Positions 10,728-22,757 of a stretch of DNA of 64,000 bases are shown one piece after another. This DNA is from Candidatus Marinacidobacterales bacterium (GTDB lineage: Bacteria; Acidobacteriota; Vicinamibacteria; Marinacidobacterales; DATDRI01), in assembly GCA_965219415.1 (NCBI GenBank), contig CBDCNP010000002.1, forward strand, positions 2,560,001 to 2,624,000. The letters run 5' to 3'. The position numbers and the translations under genes are program-made. How positions within the stretch are numbered: the first letter of the stretch is position 1; every line of letters starts with the position of its first letter. Below the pieces are notes generated by a model. That model saw nothing but the letters and a program-made list of their open reading frames with translations, made no database searches and was not told the origin of the DNA.

Positions 10728-12355
10728 AGCTAACCTTGCTCTCGCCGACACGCTGGCGAGCGATGGCGATCGGCGCGCTTCTGATGGCAACCCTCTTGTT
10801 TCTCGGCGCTCGACAGCAAACCCAAGAAGATTCCCAAGGCGCCCTCCAGCGCGGAATGAAGTCCTACCAGCAGGGCGATTTCACCGCAGCCATCGAGTCC
10901 TTCGAAACGGTGCTTTCCGGCCAGCCCGACAACGTGCACGCTCGCTTCAATCTCGCCCGAGCGCTTCACCAGACAGGAAACTCCGAGCGGGCACTCGAGG
11001 AGATCCTCAAGCTCGAGGGCATAATGAAGGACCGAGCCCGCTACCTCTCCACACTCGGCCAGATCGAAGCGGCTACGGGAAGACTCGCGGAAGCACAAGA
11101 AGCGCTCACCGAGAGCGCCGAGCTTCGCCCGGGGGTGGCACAAACCCAGTATTGGTTGGGCGAAGTACTCGCCTCCCGGGGAGCGCAGCTGGGTGCCATC
11201 GAGAAAATGCAGGAGGCAGCGAGGCTTCAGCCCCGATGGGCTCTGCCGCACAGGCGTATGGGTGAGTTCTGGCTCCAGCTGGGATCTCCAAACCGAGCCA
11301 TTGAAAGCTTGGAGCGAGCCGCGGAGCTCGCACCGGAATCTTCTCCGGTTTGGGGTCTCCTCGGCAAAGCCTATGCGCTGGGAGGTCGGTACGAGGACGC
11401 GGTGCGCGTGCTCGAGAAGGCGCTCGAATTGACGCCAGAGATGGCCCTCGTTCGGGCGCTCCTCGCTGACTCACTCCAGGCTTCTGGGAAAGTCGAACAG
11501 GCCGTGACGGAGTACCGAAAGATGGTCGAGCAAGACCCCGAGAACACGCGTTACCGCATTGAGCTGGCGGAGGCGCTTTACTTGCACGAGCAATTGGAAC
11601 CGGCGCTGCGGGAGCTCGAGCAGGTGCTAGTCCAAGAGCCGCAAAACGGGTTGGTGCTCTATTACATCGGAGTCATCGAGGACGAGCTTGGACAGAAGGC
11701 CGTCGCCCGCGAGCGCCTCGAGGCCGCGGTTGCCTTGCTCGAAAATCAGCCGGCAAGAATGGACTTCAGTGCCGGCCGCGGCGGCGAAAGCTATCCTCTA
11801 CGAATCGCCGCTCAAGTGAGGCTGGCAGGGCTACTCTCCGAATTCCAGGAGCACGAGGCAGCGGCAGAGTCGCTCGAAGCGGTGATTCGGGCCGAGCCGG
11901 ACCACGCCACCGCGCACTATCTTCTCGGCCTCGCCTACCGGGCGCTGGGAAAGAGGGAGGAAGCGCGGAGCGAGCTCAATCTCTTCAAGCAAATCAACGA
12001 CGCGCGGGAGCACGATCAGGCCGCCATGATTGTACTTGAGCGAGGCGACGAGCAACGGGCAATGGAAGAGCTCCAAGAAGCCCTTCGCATCTACCCAACC
12101 GATAGCGTGGCCCACCGGCGGATTGCGAGGCTTTGGGCAAAGCAGGGGGACCCCGAGGCGGCCATGCGGCACCTGGAGCTGGCCATCGAGGCTAGGCCTT
12201 CCTTCGCCGACCCCTATACGGAATTGATGCGGCTCTACTGCCGCTTCGGGCATGTGGAGCGCGCCCGCGCCCTTCTTGAGCGAGCTCTCAAGGATGGTCT
12301 CGTCGTTCCTGGAGTTTGTATTGAAGCCGAGCACTCTCCCGGCGCGGGCGGATAA
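10724..12355 (+). CDS. TPR-repeat protein with N-terminal signal/TM segment
   Basis: GTGA overlap with the upstream gene; many TPR-like repeats. Confidence 0.85.
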   Translation: MKLTLLSPTRWRAMAIGALLMATLLFLGARQQTQEDSQGALQRGMKSYQQGDFTAAIESFETVLSGQPDNVHARFNLARALHQTGNSERALEEILKLEGIMKDRARYLSTLGQIEAATGRLAEAQEALTESAELRPGVAQTQYWLGEVLASRGAQLGAIEKMQEAARLQPRWALPHRRMGEFWLQLGSPNRAIESLERAAELAPESSPVWGLLGKAYALGGRYEDAVRVLEKALELTPEMALVRALLADSLQASGKVEQAVTEYRKMVEQDPENTRYRIELAEALYLHEQLEPALRELEQVLVQEPQNGLVLYYIGVIEDELGQKAVARERLEAAVALLENQPARMDFSAGRGGESYPLRIAAQVRLAGLLSEFQEHEAAAESLEAVIRAEPDHATAHYLLGLAYRALGKREEARSELNLFKQINDAREHDQAAMIVLERGDEQRAMEELQEALRIYPTDSVAHRRIARLWAKQGDPEAAMRHLELAIEARPSFADPYTELMRLYCRFGHVERARALLERALKDGLVVPGVCIEAEHSPGAGG

Positions 12356-12383
12356 GACAGTACTCCAATCCGCTGTTGAATAT

Positions 12384-13575
12384 TCAGCGCTTGAAAGGCG
12401 CGCTCAATAAATACTCAGCGGACCAGTAAAGTACGTCGGTAACGGCCGGCGTTCGACTGCCGTTTGCAATCGCGATCGCTGCTGTCTCGTGCTCTTCATC
12501 GAAAACGACAAGTGCCGCCGCGCCTGGGTCGCTGCCGGTGTGTCCCATATGCAAATTGTCGTTTAATGTCAGGCCCAACCAGAAAAGACCTTGTTGACGA
12601 TTAGGCTCCTCTTCGGTTGGGTAGGTAGTACTGCGAAGCATGGTCTCGATCGTACTAGCCTCTAGGAAACGGGCGCCGTTCACTTCGCCATTGTTGGTAT
12701 AAATCTTGATGAATGCCGCAAAATCCACGACCGACACTCGAAGCAGGCCAGTCGGGATAGCCAATGTGTGGGAGAGGCCTGAATTGCATCTCCTCATAAG
12801 CGTACGGCGTCGCCAACTGCAATCGGTCTATATCCGCGAGCATCCAGCCGGCGCTGGTCATTCCAAGCGGCGTAAATATCTTGTCCTGCGTGAACTGATC
12901 AACCGGTACGCCGGAAAGCCCTTCGACCAGGTGACCCGCCAACGCCATTCCCACATTGCTGTACGACCAAGTAGACCCAGGCGCTTGCGCTAGATAAGAG
13001 CCTGCCGTCGAGTACCATTCGCCATCGGGCGTCAAATAACCAATGAGAAATTGGCGCAACGGAATTGTCGGATCGCCGGGCGCAGAGAACGGCTGGCCCT
13101 CCCCACCGTAATTCTCGTCGGAGATACTGGAGGTATGAGTAAAGACCTGACGAAACGTGATGTCAGACCGGGGAAAAGTGGGGTGCTGCACGGTGAAGTC
13201 AATATGTTTCGATACTGGTTCATCCAATCGAAAAGTCCCTCTCTCCCAAAGCATCATGAGTGCCGTCCCGACAACCGTCTTCGACATCGAGCAGATGTGA
13301 AAAACGGTCTGGAGTGAGACCTTCCGCCCTCTCTCAACGTCGGCAAATCCGTATCCGCCATTGAACACCGTCTTGTCACGATGCACGAGAGCGACCGCAA
13401 TACCGGGTATGCCCGCTGCCGCCATTTTTTGTGTCAGGTCCGACTCATACTCGCTTTGCCACTCATCGCCTTCGTTTGACCAGACAACCGGCGGCCAAAG
13501 CAAGCCAAGAGTCAACGATACGCCGATCAGGGTATTGAACATTGCCGGTCGCCGTGCCGACCTATTCATAGTCAC
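12384..13575 (-). pseudogene. Serine hydrolase (beta-lactamase family), frameshifted near 12745
   Basis: SMSK and YSN motifs in ORF 12655-13575. The GHTG motif and C-terminus are in another frame (12384-12797). Confidence 0.8.
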
Positions 13576-13578
13576 GAC

Positions 13579-15087
13579 TTAATTGGCTCGGCTCATACTA
13601 TAGACCGGTCGTCCTGGATACACGTCGGGAACGACAGCACCTTCGTGAACCACCAGCGTGCCGTTAACCGTCACATATTCGAATCCTTTGGAGAATTGCT
13701 TCGCGTCCAGATACTTCGCGCCGGATGCGACGGTATTCGGGTCGAAGACCACGAGATCCGCATCGGCTCCAACCTGAACGCGTCCTTTGTGCTTCATTGC
13801 GGGCACAAAGTCCTCCAGGCGTTGCGCCGGCAGCAGGCTCATCTTGCGAATCGCATCCATAAGGCTAATCGCCCCCTTTTCTCTCACAAAATGTCCGAGA
13901 ACGCGGGCAAAGGTACCCGCCGTCCGCGGGTGTTCGTAACGGTCTCGGAGGGTTCCCGCATCCGAGGCCAAAACTATGTAGGGATCCTGAATCGCTTTGA
14001 TCAGGGTCTCTTCCGTGTTCATGTGCATGAGCACCCGGTCATCGCCGGACCCGTCGCGGAGTTGATTGAACTCTTCCCTCGTCAAACGCTTGCCGGTTGC
14101 TTTGGATTGAAGGTCTTGTGGCGTCACGCCCCAGGCCTCTTCCCAACCCGGGTCGAAGAACAGCGAACGTATGCGATCATTGGATGCATCCCAGGGATAC
14201 ATTTCCGCGGAGATATCAACGCCATGGTCTCGGGCAGCGTTCATAACCTTGATCATTTCGGGCGTGCTCGACATGGCCATGCTGTTGATGTGCACCACGT
14301 AGACGCACCCACCGCTGATGGCCGCGTTGGCAATAGCTTCCTGAATCGCCTCTAAGGTACTGTCCGGCTCGACCAGGCTCCCGTAGCGGACGTGGGTGAA
14401 CACGCACATGTTCGCATCGGCCGCCAATTGATGAACTTCCAGCATTTCCGGGCGCGTGATACCGGGAGCGTATTGGGTGGCGCTCCCGATCCCGATCGCG
14501 CCTTCATTCAAGCCCGCCAGCAAGGTGGGGAGGAAATCCTTGTAGGTGGATTCCGGGATAACCTGTCGAATGATCTCAATATCCGGATCCAGCGTGCCGG
14601 GTTCTCGTTCTTCCGCGAGATCCTGAAGGTGTCGTCTGACCGCCGTATGATCGATACTCGCGCCATAGTTGATCAGCTCCTGCCCTTGTTTTGAGTCGTA
14701 CCATGACCTGACCGGAAAGACGCCTAGTTCCAACTCCAGTCGCGTTGTTCGGCCGTCCATGGCCTGATAGGTTGCCGTCTCGTAGCCCATCGAATGCGAA
14801 TGAAGATCGATAAACCCGGGTGCCAGAACCAGCCCTGTCGCGTCGATGCGGATCGAGCCGGTCAGCGATTCATCCGATATAGCAGCGATTTTGTCGCCGG
14901 AGATACCGACATTTCGAATCGCATCCAGATTCGTTTCGGGATCCAAAACCCGAGCGTTGCTGAACACCAGATCGAAGTCGCGCGCCTGTGCTTGCACGGC
15001 GGTTGGGAAAGAATCACCGGAAAAAGCGGAGACCAACGCCGTTAGACCGACTAGCGCGGCACAGATACTTGTGTATTTCGTTCTCAT
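13579..15087 (-). CDS. Amidohydrolase, D-aminoacylase/dihydroorotase-like, secreted
   Basis: PGFIDLHSH, ASDA, HPRTAG and GADADLVVFDP motifs. Confidence 0.88.
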   Translation of the reverse strand: MRTKYTSICAALVGLTALVSAFSGDSFPTAVQAQARDFDLVFSNARVLDPETNLDAIRNVGISGDKIAAISDESLTGSIRIDATGLVLAPGFIDLHSHSMGYETATYQAMDGRTTRLELELGVFPVRSWYDSKQGQELINYGASIDHTAVRRHLQDLAEEREPGTLDPDIEIIRQVIPESTYKDFLPTLLAGLNEGAIGIGSATQYAPGITRPEMLEVHQLAADANMCVFTHVRYGSLVEPDSTLEAIQEAIANAAISGGCVYVVHINSMAMSSTPEMIKVMNAARDHGVDISAEMYPWDASNDRIRSLFFDPGWEEAWGVTPQDLQSKATGKRLTREEFNQLRDGSGDDRVLMHMNTEETLIKAIQDPYIVLASDAGTLRDRYEHPRTAGTFARVLGHFVREKGAISLMDAIRKMSLLPAQRLEDFVPAMKHKGRVQVGADADLVVFDPNTVASGAKYLDAKQFSKGFEYVTVNGTLVVHEGAVVPDVYPGRPVYSMSRAN

Positions 15088-15555
15088 ACTATTACCTCTC
15101 GTTTTCCTATTACTAATAGTCCTCGCACTAGAGATTTTTCTGGTGTTGATCTATAACGGACCTATACTTCGCAAAGTCGTAGCTGGCGTCCGCGTCCACA
15201 ACGAAATATTCCAGCATCTCAAGTGGTATCACCGGCAATGGTCGTCGGTTGAGAAGCACGTACCGTTTCAGGTGAGCCTCCGACCGGTCGCGCGCTCTAC
15301 GGTGGAGGTTTTTTCGGACTGCGGCCAGCATTGTGGAGGCCTCGCTCAGTACCTCGTCGGCACTATACCATTACCCACACCCGCGACCTACATTCTCGCG
15401 GGCATCGAAACTTCCACGACATCGAGGCACCCACTCATAAGCCCCTTTTGGACTGTTATGGACTCTTGCCCAACCGTTGCATCCCAAAGCACGGGGCGCA
15501 TTACAATCTCATTCCCTATGGAATTCTTGCAACTTGTCTAGCAGGAGTGAACAGT

Positions 15556-18500
15556 ATGAAGGGGGACAATTCTGTGGCTCGCATTGTTTCTGTTTGGCGC
15601 CGTTTCGGCCGCCTTCGCCGGGGACACTCGCTTTCTGCACCAGCCGGATATCAGCGCCGAAAAGATCGTCTTCGTTTACGGAAACGACCTGTGGACGGCG
15701 CCGAGAAGCGGTGGCGACGCGGCCCGCCTGACTTCCCACCCGGGTGTCGAGTCCCGCCTCAAGTTCTCACCGGACGGCACGTGGATCGCTTTCTCGGCCG
15801 AATACGGCGGGGCAACATGGACGTCTTCGTCATCTCGTCCCGAGGGGGCCCGCCGCGACGCATCACCTACCACCCGGGGGACGACCGTGTCCAAGGCTGT
15901 CACCCGACGGCGCCAAAGTTCTTTTCAGCTCCAGGCGGTATAGCAATCACGATCGTTCGCAGCTTTTGACCATCGGTGCCGAAGGGGGCTATCCGGAGTC
16001 GTTTCCCATGCACAAGGCCTTCATGGGTGCTTTTTCACCGGATGGGAAGAAGCTTGCCTTTACACCCAACCGGAACGCCTTTCTTACCTGGAAGCGCTAT
16101 CGAGGGGGCGAAACGACGCCGATATGGTTGGTCGATCTGGAAGACTACTCACACGTGGAGATCCCACACGAAAACGCGAGCGATACTTTCCCGGTGTGGC
16201 TGGACGATTCGGTCTTCTTCTTGTCCGATAGGAACGACGTCATGAGCCTCTTCCGTTATGACACCAAAACCGGCGCGGTCGAGGAACAGGCCGACAACGG
16301 CATGACCGATATCGACTCTTTGTCGGGGGCCGGTGACAATCTGGTCTACTCCAGCGGCGGGTACCTGTTCGTCTACGACATCGCAGGCCAGAGTGCCCAG
16401 AAAATTTCGGTGAGCGTGCGCGACGACCGAGTCCAGACCGCGCCTCGTTACAAGAACGTCTCCGAAGAGATAAGGTCGGGGGACATTTCTCCCGACGGGT
16501 CGCACGTGGTGTTCGAAGCACACGGAGATCTGCTCATCGTCTCGGCGGAAACCGGCAAAATCCGAAACCTGACACGGGCACCGGGCTCCGCAGAGCGAGA
16601 TCCCGCCTGGTCGTCGGATGGGAAGTCCATCGCTTATTTCTCGGATGTTGACGGTGAGTATGCCCTTCATGTTGCGGATCAATCCGGTGCTGACCCCATC
16701 ACCAAGATTGGCTTAGGAGGGCAAGGATTCTTCTCCGGGCCGGTGTGGTCGCCCGATAGTCAGAAAATAGCCTACGCCGACAAGACGGAAAGATTATGGT
16801 ATGTCGACACCACGACCCGGAAACCGACGCCGATCGATTGCCGTACCGGGTGCAGCGATATTTATGTGTGGTCTCCAGACAGCCGTTGGCTGGCCTATGG
16901 GGATATGCATTCAACGCTTTTCCGGAGCTTGAAGCTCCATTCGATCGAATCCGAGGAAACCATGTCGGTGACCGATGGCATGGGGGACGCTTACTCGCCG
17001 GCGTTCAGCCACGATGGAAGGTACCTCTTTTTTCTGGGAAGCACGGATGTCGGCCAGGTCAACACCGGTCTCGATCTATCGACGGTGGCTCACCGGAACG
17101 AAGTCACTTGGGAGATCTTTGCCGTTCTTCTGCGCAAGGACGTAGCGAATCCTTTCGCGCCCGGAGGCTCGGTGGACGGCCAGGGACCCGACACGGAGAA
17201 GACACCCTTCCGCATCGAAGGGGGCGGTATCGAGGGGCGGATCGTTCGACTGCCGCTACCACCGGGTCGGTACTCGAATATCAAAACGGGCGCAGATGGG
17301 ATGCTCTTCTTCCGCGAGCAACCCTCGGAACGAACCTTCGGTGGGAAACCGAAGCTGCGCCGCTTCGATATGCGGCAGGGCGAGGCGAGCGATTTCTTGA
17401 CCAACGTCAGTGCCTATGACGTCTCCGCGGAAGGTGAGACGGTGCTCTATTCGGCGGAGGAGGATTGGGGGATCGTGCCCGCCGGGGGGAGCCCGGAAGC
17501 GGGGGCAGGGAAGTTGGACGTCTCGGGGATGGAGATCTTCGTGGATCCTAGGGCCGAATGGAAACAGATGTTTCTGGAAGGTTGGCGGATCGAGAGAGAT
17601 TTCTTCTACGACGACGATATGCATGGGGTCGACTGGGAAGCGATGCGCACCCGTTACGAATCCTATCTCTCGGACGTTCGTTACCGATCCGATCTGAACT
17701 ACGTGCTTGGTCAGATGGTGGGGGAGCTCGTCAACAGCCACATCCGCGTGGGCGGGGGCGATATGCCCAAGGTGGATCGAGTTCCCGGCGGACTTCTGGG
17801 CGCCGACTACGAAGTCGTGAACGAGCGCTACCGGATCAAGAAAATCATCACCGGCTCGTACTGGGACCGCGGTGAAGAAAGTAACCCGCTCATCGTTCCA
17901 GGGGTGGATGTCAAGGAGGGCGATTATGTTCTCGAAGTCAACGGTCATGACCTTCGTTACCCGACGAACATCCACTCGCTCTTCGTGAAGACCGCCGGCA
18001 AAGAGGTGACGCTGCGGGTGGGCCGGGCCCCGCGACTTGAAGCATCCCGTGTGGTGACGGTGGTTCCCCTCGAAAGTGAACGGGCCCTTCGCCGGCGGGC
18101 TTGGATCGAGGACAGCCGGAAGAAGGTCGACGAGCTCTCGGGCGGTCAGATCGCCTACATCTATCAGCCCGATACCGGCCGCGATTCGCTTCGGGAGTTC
18201 GACCGATATTTTTTTCCGCAATCGGACAAGGTGGCGGTCATCATCGACGAGCGGTTCAACGACGGGGGTGACGATCCCGATTACCAGCTCGACATCTTGG
18301 ACCGGCAACAAGTGCATTGGTATGTGACGCGGAACGGCGGGCCCTTCAAGTCTCCGTTCTCGATGATCGATGGCCCCAAGGTCATGCTCATCAACGCCGA
18401 GGCCGGATCGGGAGGCGATGTCTACCCCTATCAGTTCCAGATACGGGGGCTTGGAAAAACGGTGGGAACACGGACCTGGGGCGGCGTCATGGGAGGAGGC

Positions 18501-18776
18501 GGCGGGCCTCGTCTCATGGATGGCGGGTTCGTGCGGGCACCGGACCTGGGCACTTATAGTCCGGATGGAGACTACGTACTCGAGAACAGCGGCCACACAC
18601 CGGACTTCGAAGTCTACGTCTACCCGACGGACGACTTCGAGGCGCGGGATCCCCAACTCGAGAAAGCCGTGGAAATCATCGTGGAGGAGCTCCGGCAGAA
18701 GCCACCCAAGAGCATTCCCGCTTTCGAGAAAGTCGACCGGTCACTGAAGAGGGGAGACAAAGGAACAAGCCAATAG
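15556..18776 (+). CDS. Tricorn-type S41 peptidase (beta-propellers, PDZ, S41) with three apparent 5' frameshifts
   Basis: WKRYRGG, GELVNSH, DERFNDGG, GSGGD, RTWGG and DPQLEKAV motifs. The N-terminus is reconstructed across single-base shifts at G runs ~15561, ~15810 and ~15898. Confidence 0.85.
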
Positions 18777-18856
18777 TCTTGAGCCATGCTGACCGACGCG
18801 GGCGCGGGGCGCATACAATCCCCGACGGAACAAGAAATAAGAGAGGGAGAAAACCG

Positions 18857-20807
18857 ATGAGGGAAAGAACAAGACCCACGATCATGCTGGTGCTGTTTCT
18901 CCTTTTGTGCACGGCGGGCACGGCGATGGGGGCGGCCGAGCTGACTCCCGAGCAGGCCATCCAGGTGCGTCGTGTGTCGGATCTGCAGTTGTCGCCTGAT
19001 GGCAGCCGGGTGGCCTTCGTGGTGACCGAGCCGCCAGTGGGGGACCGGCAGAACCGGGATATTTACGTATTGGAGGTGGCAGGCAAGCAGGTGCATCGCT
19101 TCACCACCTCGCCGAAGCCGGACCGTTCGCCGCGGTGGTCGCCGAACGGGAAGACGCTGGCGTTTCTCTCCAACCGCGAGGAGGCCACACAGATTCATTT
19201 GTTGCCTTTGTCGGGGGGCGAGGCGCGGGCGTTGACGACGGGCAAGAGCGGGGTGGAGGAGTTCGAGTGGTCGCCGGACGGGAAGAGGATTGCTTTTATC
19301 GCTTCCGAGGCGAAGAAGGAGGAGGAGGAGAAGCGGGAGAAGGAGAAGGACGATGCCTACGTGGTCGAGCGGTCGGAGAAGCGGCCGCAATTATGGGTGA
19401 TCGAGGTCGAGACGGAGGCGGTGAAGCAGTTGACGCGAGGGAGGTGGGAAGTTGGGAGTCCGGCGTGGCTGCCGGAAAACCGGTTGCTGGTGATCGCGAG
19501 AGACCATCCCGACTGGGATTTGGAGGGGGAGAAGAAGCTCTATTCGATCTCCGCCGACGGCGGGCAGATGACGGTGGTGGCTCATCCGCGCCACTCTTTT
19601 GGGAGCGTATGGCCCGTATTCGTTCCGCCAAAGATTTCTCCCGACGGGCAAAGCGTCGCCTATCTAGGGGCGCGCAACGATGGGTTCGATGCCCACGATC
19701 TTCACCTCCAGCCTCTTTCTGGTGGGCCCTCCCGGAATCTGACCGGTGCTTCGATCGATCGGCCCATCAGTGCGTTCCAGTGGCGCAAGGACGGGAGTCT
19801 TCTGGTGTTGGCGCAGACGGGGTTTTCGACGACCTTCTATAGCGTTAGCAAAGAAGGGCGGGCGCGCAAGGGGGAAACGCTTGAGGTGCAACCGGGCAGT
19901 TTTGTGGAGGGGGCCGATTTCCTGGCCTTTGCGGGGGAGACGGCCACCCGGCTGCCTGAGTTGTGGCTCTCGCGGCGCGGGGGTCCGGCGGAGAAGGTGA
20001 CCTCCTTCAACAAGGAGTGGGACGCCATTACGTTGGTGAAGCCGGAGATCATCCGGTATCCCAGTTTTGATGGGACACAGATCGAGGCGGCGCTCTACAA
20101 GCCTGCGGGGTACCGGGAAGGCGCCCGCGTGCCTCTGGTGGTGCTGGTTCATCAAGGCCCCACATTCCACTACGCCGACAGTTTCTACGACTGGGCGCAG
20201 CTTCCTGGCGGGACGAGGCTTTGCGGTGATCACCCCCAACATTAGGGGTTCAACCGGTTATGGTCACGAATTCGTTCTCTTGAACCGCTTTGAGTGGGGC
20301 GGGGGCGACTACAAGGATGTCATGGCCGGGGTTGATTACCTGATTGAGACAGGGATTGCCGATGCGGAGCGTCTGGGAGTTGGTGGTTGGTCTTACGGAG
20401 GCTTCATGGGGGCCTGGGCGGTGACGCAGACTGACCGCTTCAAGGCCAGCGTCTCCGGCGCGCCGATGACCGACCTGGCCAGCGAATTCGGCACCGAGGA
20501 CTCTGGGACCAATCCGCTTGACACGTGGAACCTCGGCACCCCCTATGAAAATCTGCATCTCTTTGTCCAATTCTCCCCCATGACCTTTGTCAAAAACGCT
20601 AAGACTCCTACGTTGCTCCTGTGTTGTGAGAAGGATACCGTCGACCCGATCGGCCAGTGCCAGCAGTTCTATCGAGGGTTGAAGCGCTACGGTGTGGAAA
20701 CCGAGTTTGTGATGTACCCGCGCGAGCCCCACGAACCTCAGGAGGAGAAGCACCGGATCGATGTGTTGAAGCGGATGCTCCACTGGTTCGAAAAGATCCG
20801 GAGCTAG
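18857..20807 (+). CDS. S9 family (prolyl oligo/acylaminoacyl) peptidase, one frameshift ~20200
   Basis: WSPDG propeller repeats, GWSYGG nucleophile elbow, D and H of the triad (KDTVDP, EPHE). Split into ORFs 18779-20245 and 20067-20807. Confidence 0.88.
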
Positions 20808-20933
20808 GCCGCCCAGTAAGGACACTTCCTGTCGTCCTGTGGCCAATCGGTCGAGCGAGGCGGAAGGACCTTTTTTTGCAATCCAAGCGGCTTATGCAAA
20901 CTTCGTGGTTCCGCGAGCCGAGAATGCTGGTGC

Positions 20934-22688
20934 TTAATTGTTTTCTGTTGACAGTAAAACTTTCCCGTTGAGGGTTTTGTTATATTCGGCGTTTTCTATG
21001 CTTATTTTTCCGTTGACAATCACATATTCGAACCCCGTGCTGTACTGGTGAGGGTCGAGAAACGTGGCTTTATCCTCGACTTTTTCCGGGTCGAAGATAA
21101 CAACATCGGCCTTGTATCCTTCCAATAGCAATCCTCGATCCTTCAGTCCGAGGAATGAGGCAGGAAGGGAGGACATCTTCCTGACTGCATCTTCCAAGCC
21201 TATTACCTTCTCTTCCCGGACGTATTTTCTGAAAACTCTGGGGAAGTTACCGTAGTTGCGGGGATGAACGGGGTGTTTTGCGTCGAGCGGTTGACCGGAT
21301 CCATCACTCGCGAACATCAGCCACTCCTCTTTCATTACATGCTTCATGTCATCTTCTGACATCCAGTCCCCGCTGACATACAGGTCCTCTTTTTCCTCTA
21401 TGTATAGATCTGCGGCCACATCGAACGGGTCTACAGGAGGAGAAATTGACCAGAACAGACTGTCCAGGACCTGCTCCCTCTTTCTGTCCTCTGCCGCCTC
21501 AGCTAGAGTCTTGCCGAGCAGATGGGTGTTCTTCTTGGCTCTTGTGATGCACAAAGAATCCCAGTAAAACATCATTACGTAATTTGAACACTCGAGACAT
21601 CCTTCGGCGGTCAATTTCTTGATTCTCTCCCGCTTCGTGGGATCAGAAAGTGCTTTTACCAGTTCGTCGCTATACTGCTGTCTAAACTTCTCCCTGTCTT
21701 CATCTGGCAGGTCTCGATCCCTCATTTTTTTCCTCAATCTTGCCAAAGGCTCCATGTCGCCGGGAATGTTAAAGACAGATGATAGCGACCCTCCTCCCGC
21801 CTCCGCGTAGGAATACATGTCTGCGGTGATGCTTAGCCCTTTGGCCCGAGCGTCGTTGATTACTTTCACAGCCTCTTTCATCAATCCCCAAGCACTGCTC
21901 TTCCCCCCCGCCTTAATATGCGTCACATTGCCGGGTATGCCGGCCTCTTCGCTGATTCTTATCGTTTCCTCAGTGGCTTCGACCATGTATTTTCCTTCAT
22001 GGCGCTGATGGCTGTTGTAGACTCCTCCGTATTCAGCGACAACCTTGCCGAGCGCAATGACTTCTTCCGTATCGGCATAGCGGCCGGGGCGGTACTGTAG
22101 GCCTGTACCCAAACCCCAGGCTCCTTCCTCCATTGCCTGCCTGACAATCGACTTCATTTTTTCTAGCTCTTTTTCCGTAACGGCCCGGGGTGCCTCGTCA
22201 GTGACATGTTCGCGGACAGTGCCGTGCGGCACCAGAAGGATGGCATTGGTTCCGATACCTAGTTTCTCCCACTTCGCTTTGGTCTCGGCGATCTCGAATG
22301 AACCGCCTCCGTCATTACCGGTCACAACCGTAGTAACCCCTTGAGTAAGAATGCTGAGATTGGCGTTCGACTTTCGACTATCGAAGCTGTCATCGGAGTG
22401 GCTGTGCAGATCGATAAATCCCGGGGAGACGACCATTCCTTTGGCATCGATGATTTTGCCTGCCTTTTTTCCTTTAAGGTGTCCTATAGCCATGATGGTG
22501 TCTTTTGAAATTCCGATGTCTCCTCGAAACCAGGGATTTCCTGTTCCGTCGACAATCTTTGCATTTTCAATAAGGACGTCAAATTTCTCTTCGCCGCTGT
22601 TAGAACCTATGGCCGTGCCAGGATTTGCAGCGGAAGCGATTATCACAATCAGGACAGCGAAAAACATAACTAAACGATGTCTCAACAT
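20934..22688 (-). CDS. N-acyl-D-amino-acid deacylase family protein, secreted
   Basis: DGTGNPWFRGDIGI, PGFIDLHSH, ASDG, HPRNYGNFPR motifs; visibly lower GC than neighbours. Confidence 0.9.
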   Translation of the reverse strand: MLRHRLVMFFAVLIVIIASAANPGTAIGSNSGEEKFDVLIENAKIVDGTGNPWFRGDIGISKDTIMAIGHLKGKKAGKIIDAKGMVVSPGFIDLHSHSDDSFDSRKSNANLSILTQGVTTVVTGNDGGGSFEIAETKAKWEKLGIGTNAILLVPHGTVREHVTDEAPRAVTEKELEKMKSIVRQAMEEGAWGLGTGLQYRPGRYADTEEVIALGKVVAEYGGVYNSHQRHEGKYMVEATEETIRISEEAGIPGNVTHIKAGGKSSAWGLMKEAVKVINDARAKGLSITADMYSYAEAGGGSLSSVFNIPGDMEPLARLRKKMRDRDLPDEDREKFRQQYSDELVKALSDPTKRERIKKLTAEGCLECSNYVMMFYWDSLCITRAKKNTHLLGKTLAEAAEDRKREQVLDSLFWSISPPVDPFDVAADLYIEEKEDLYVSGDWMSEDDMKHVMKEEWLMFASDGSGQPLDAKHPVHPRNYGNFPRVFRKYVREEKVIGLEDAVRKMSSLPASFLGLKDRGLLLEGYKADVVIFDPEKVEDKATFLDPHQYSTGFEYVIVNGKISIENAEYNKTLNGKVLLSTENN

Positions 22689-22757
22689 TTTTTTTCCTCC
22701 TTTCTTGAGAAATTGAGTCTGTCTGTGTATTTTTCGAATCATTGAGTTTTAGTCTGT

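Noticed and set aside
19260-19400. Purine-rich low-complexity tract
   Set aside because: It encodes the ordinary Glu/Lys-rich linker (KKEEEEKREKEKDD) of the S9 peptidase.
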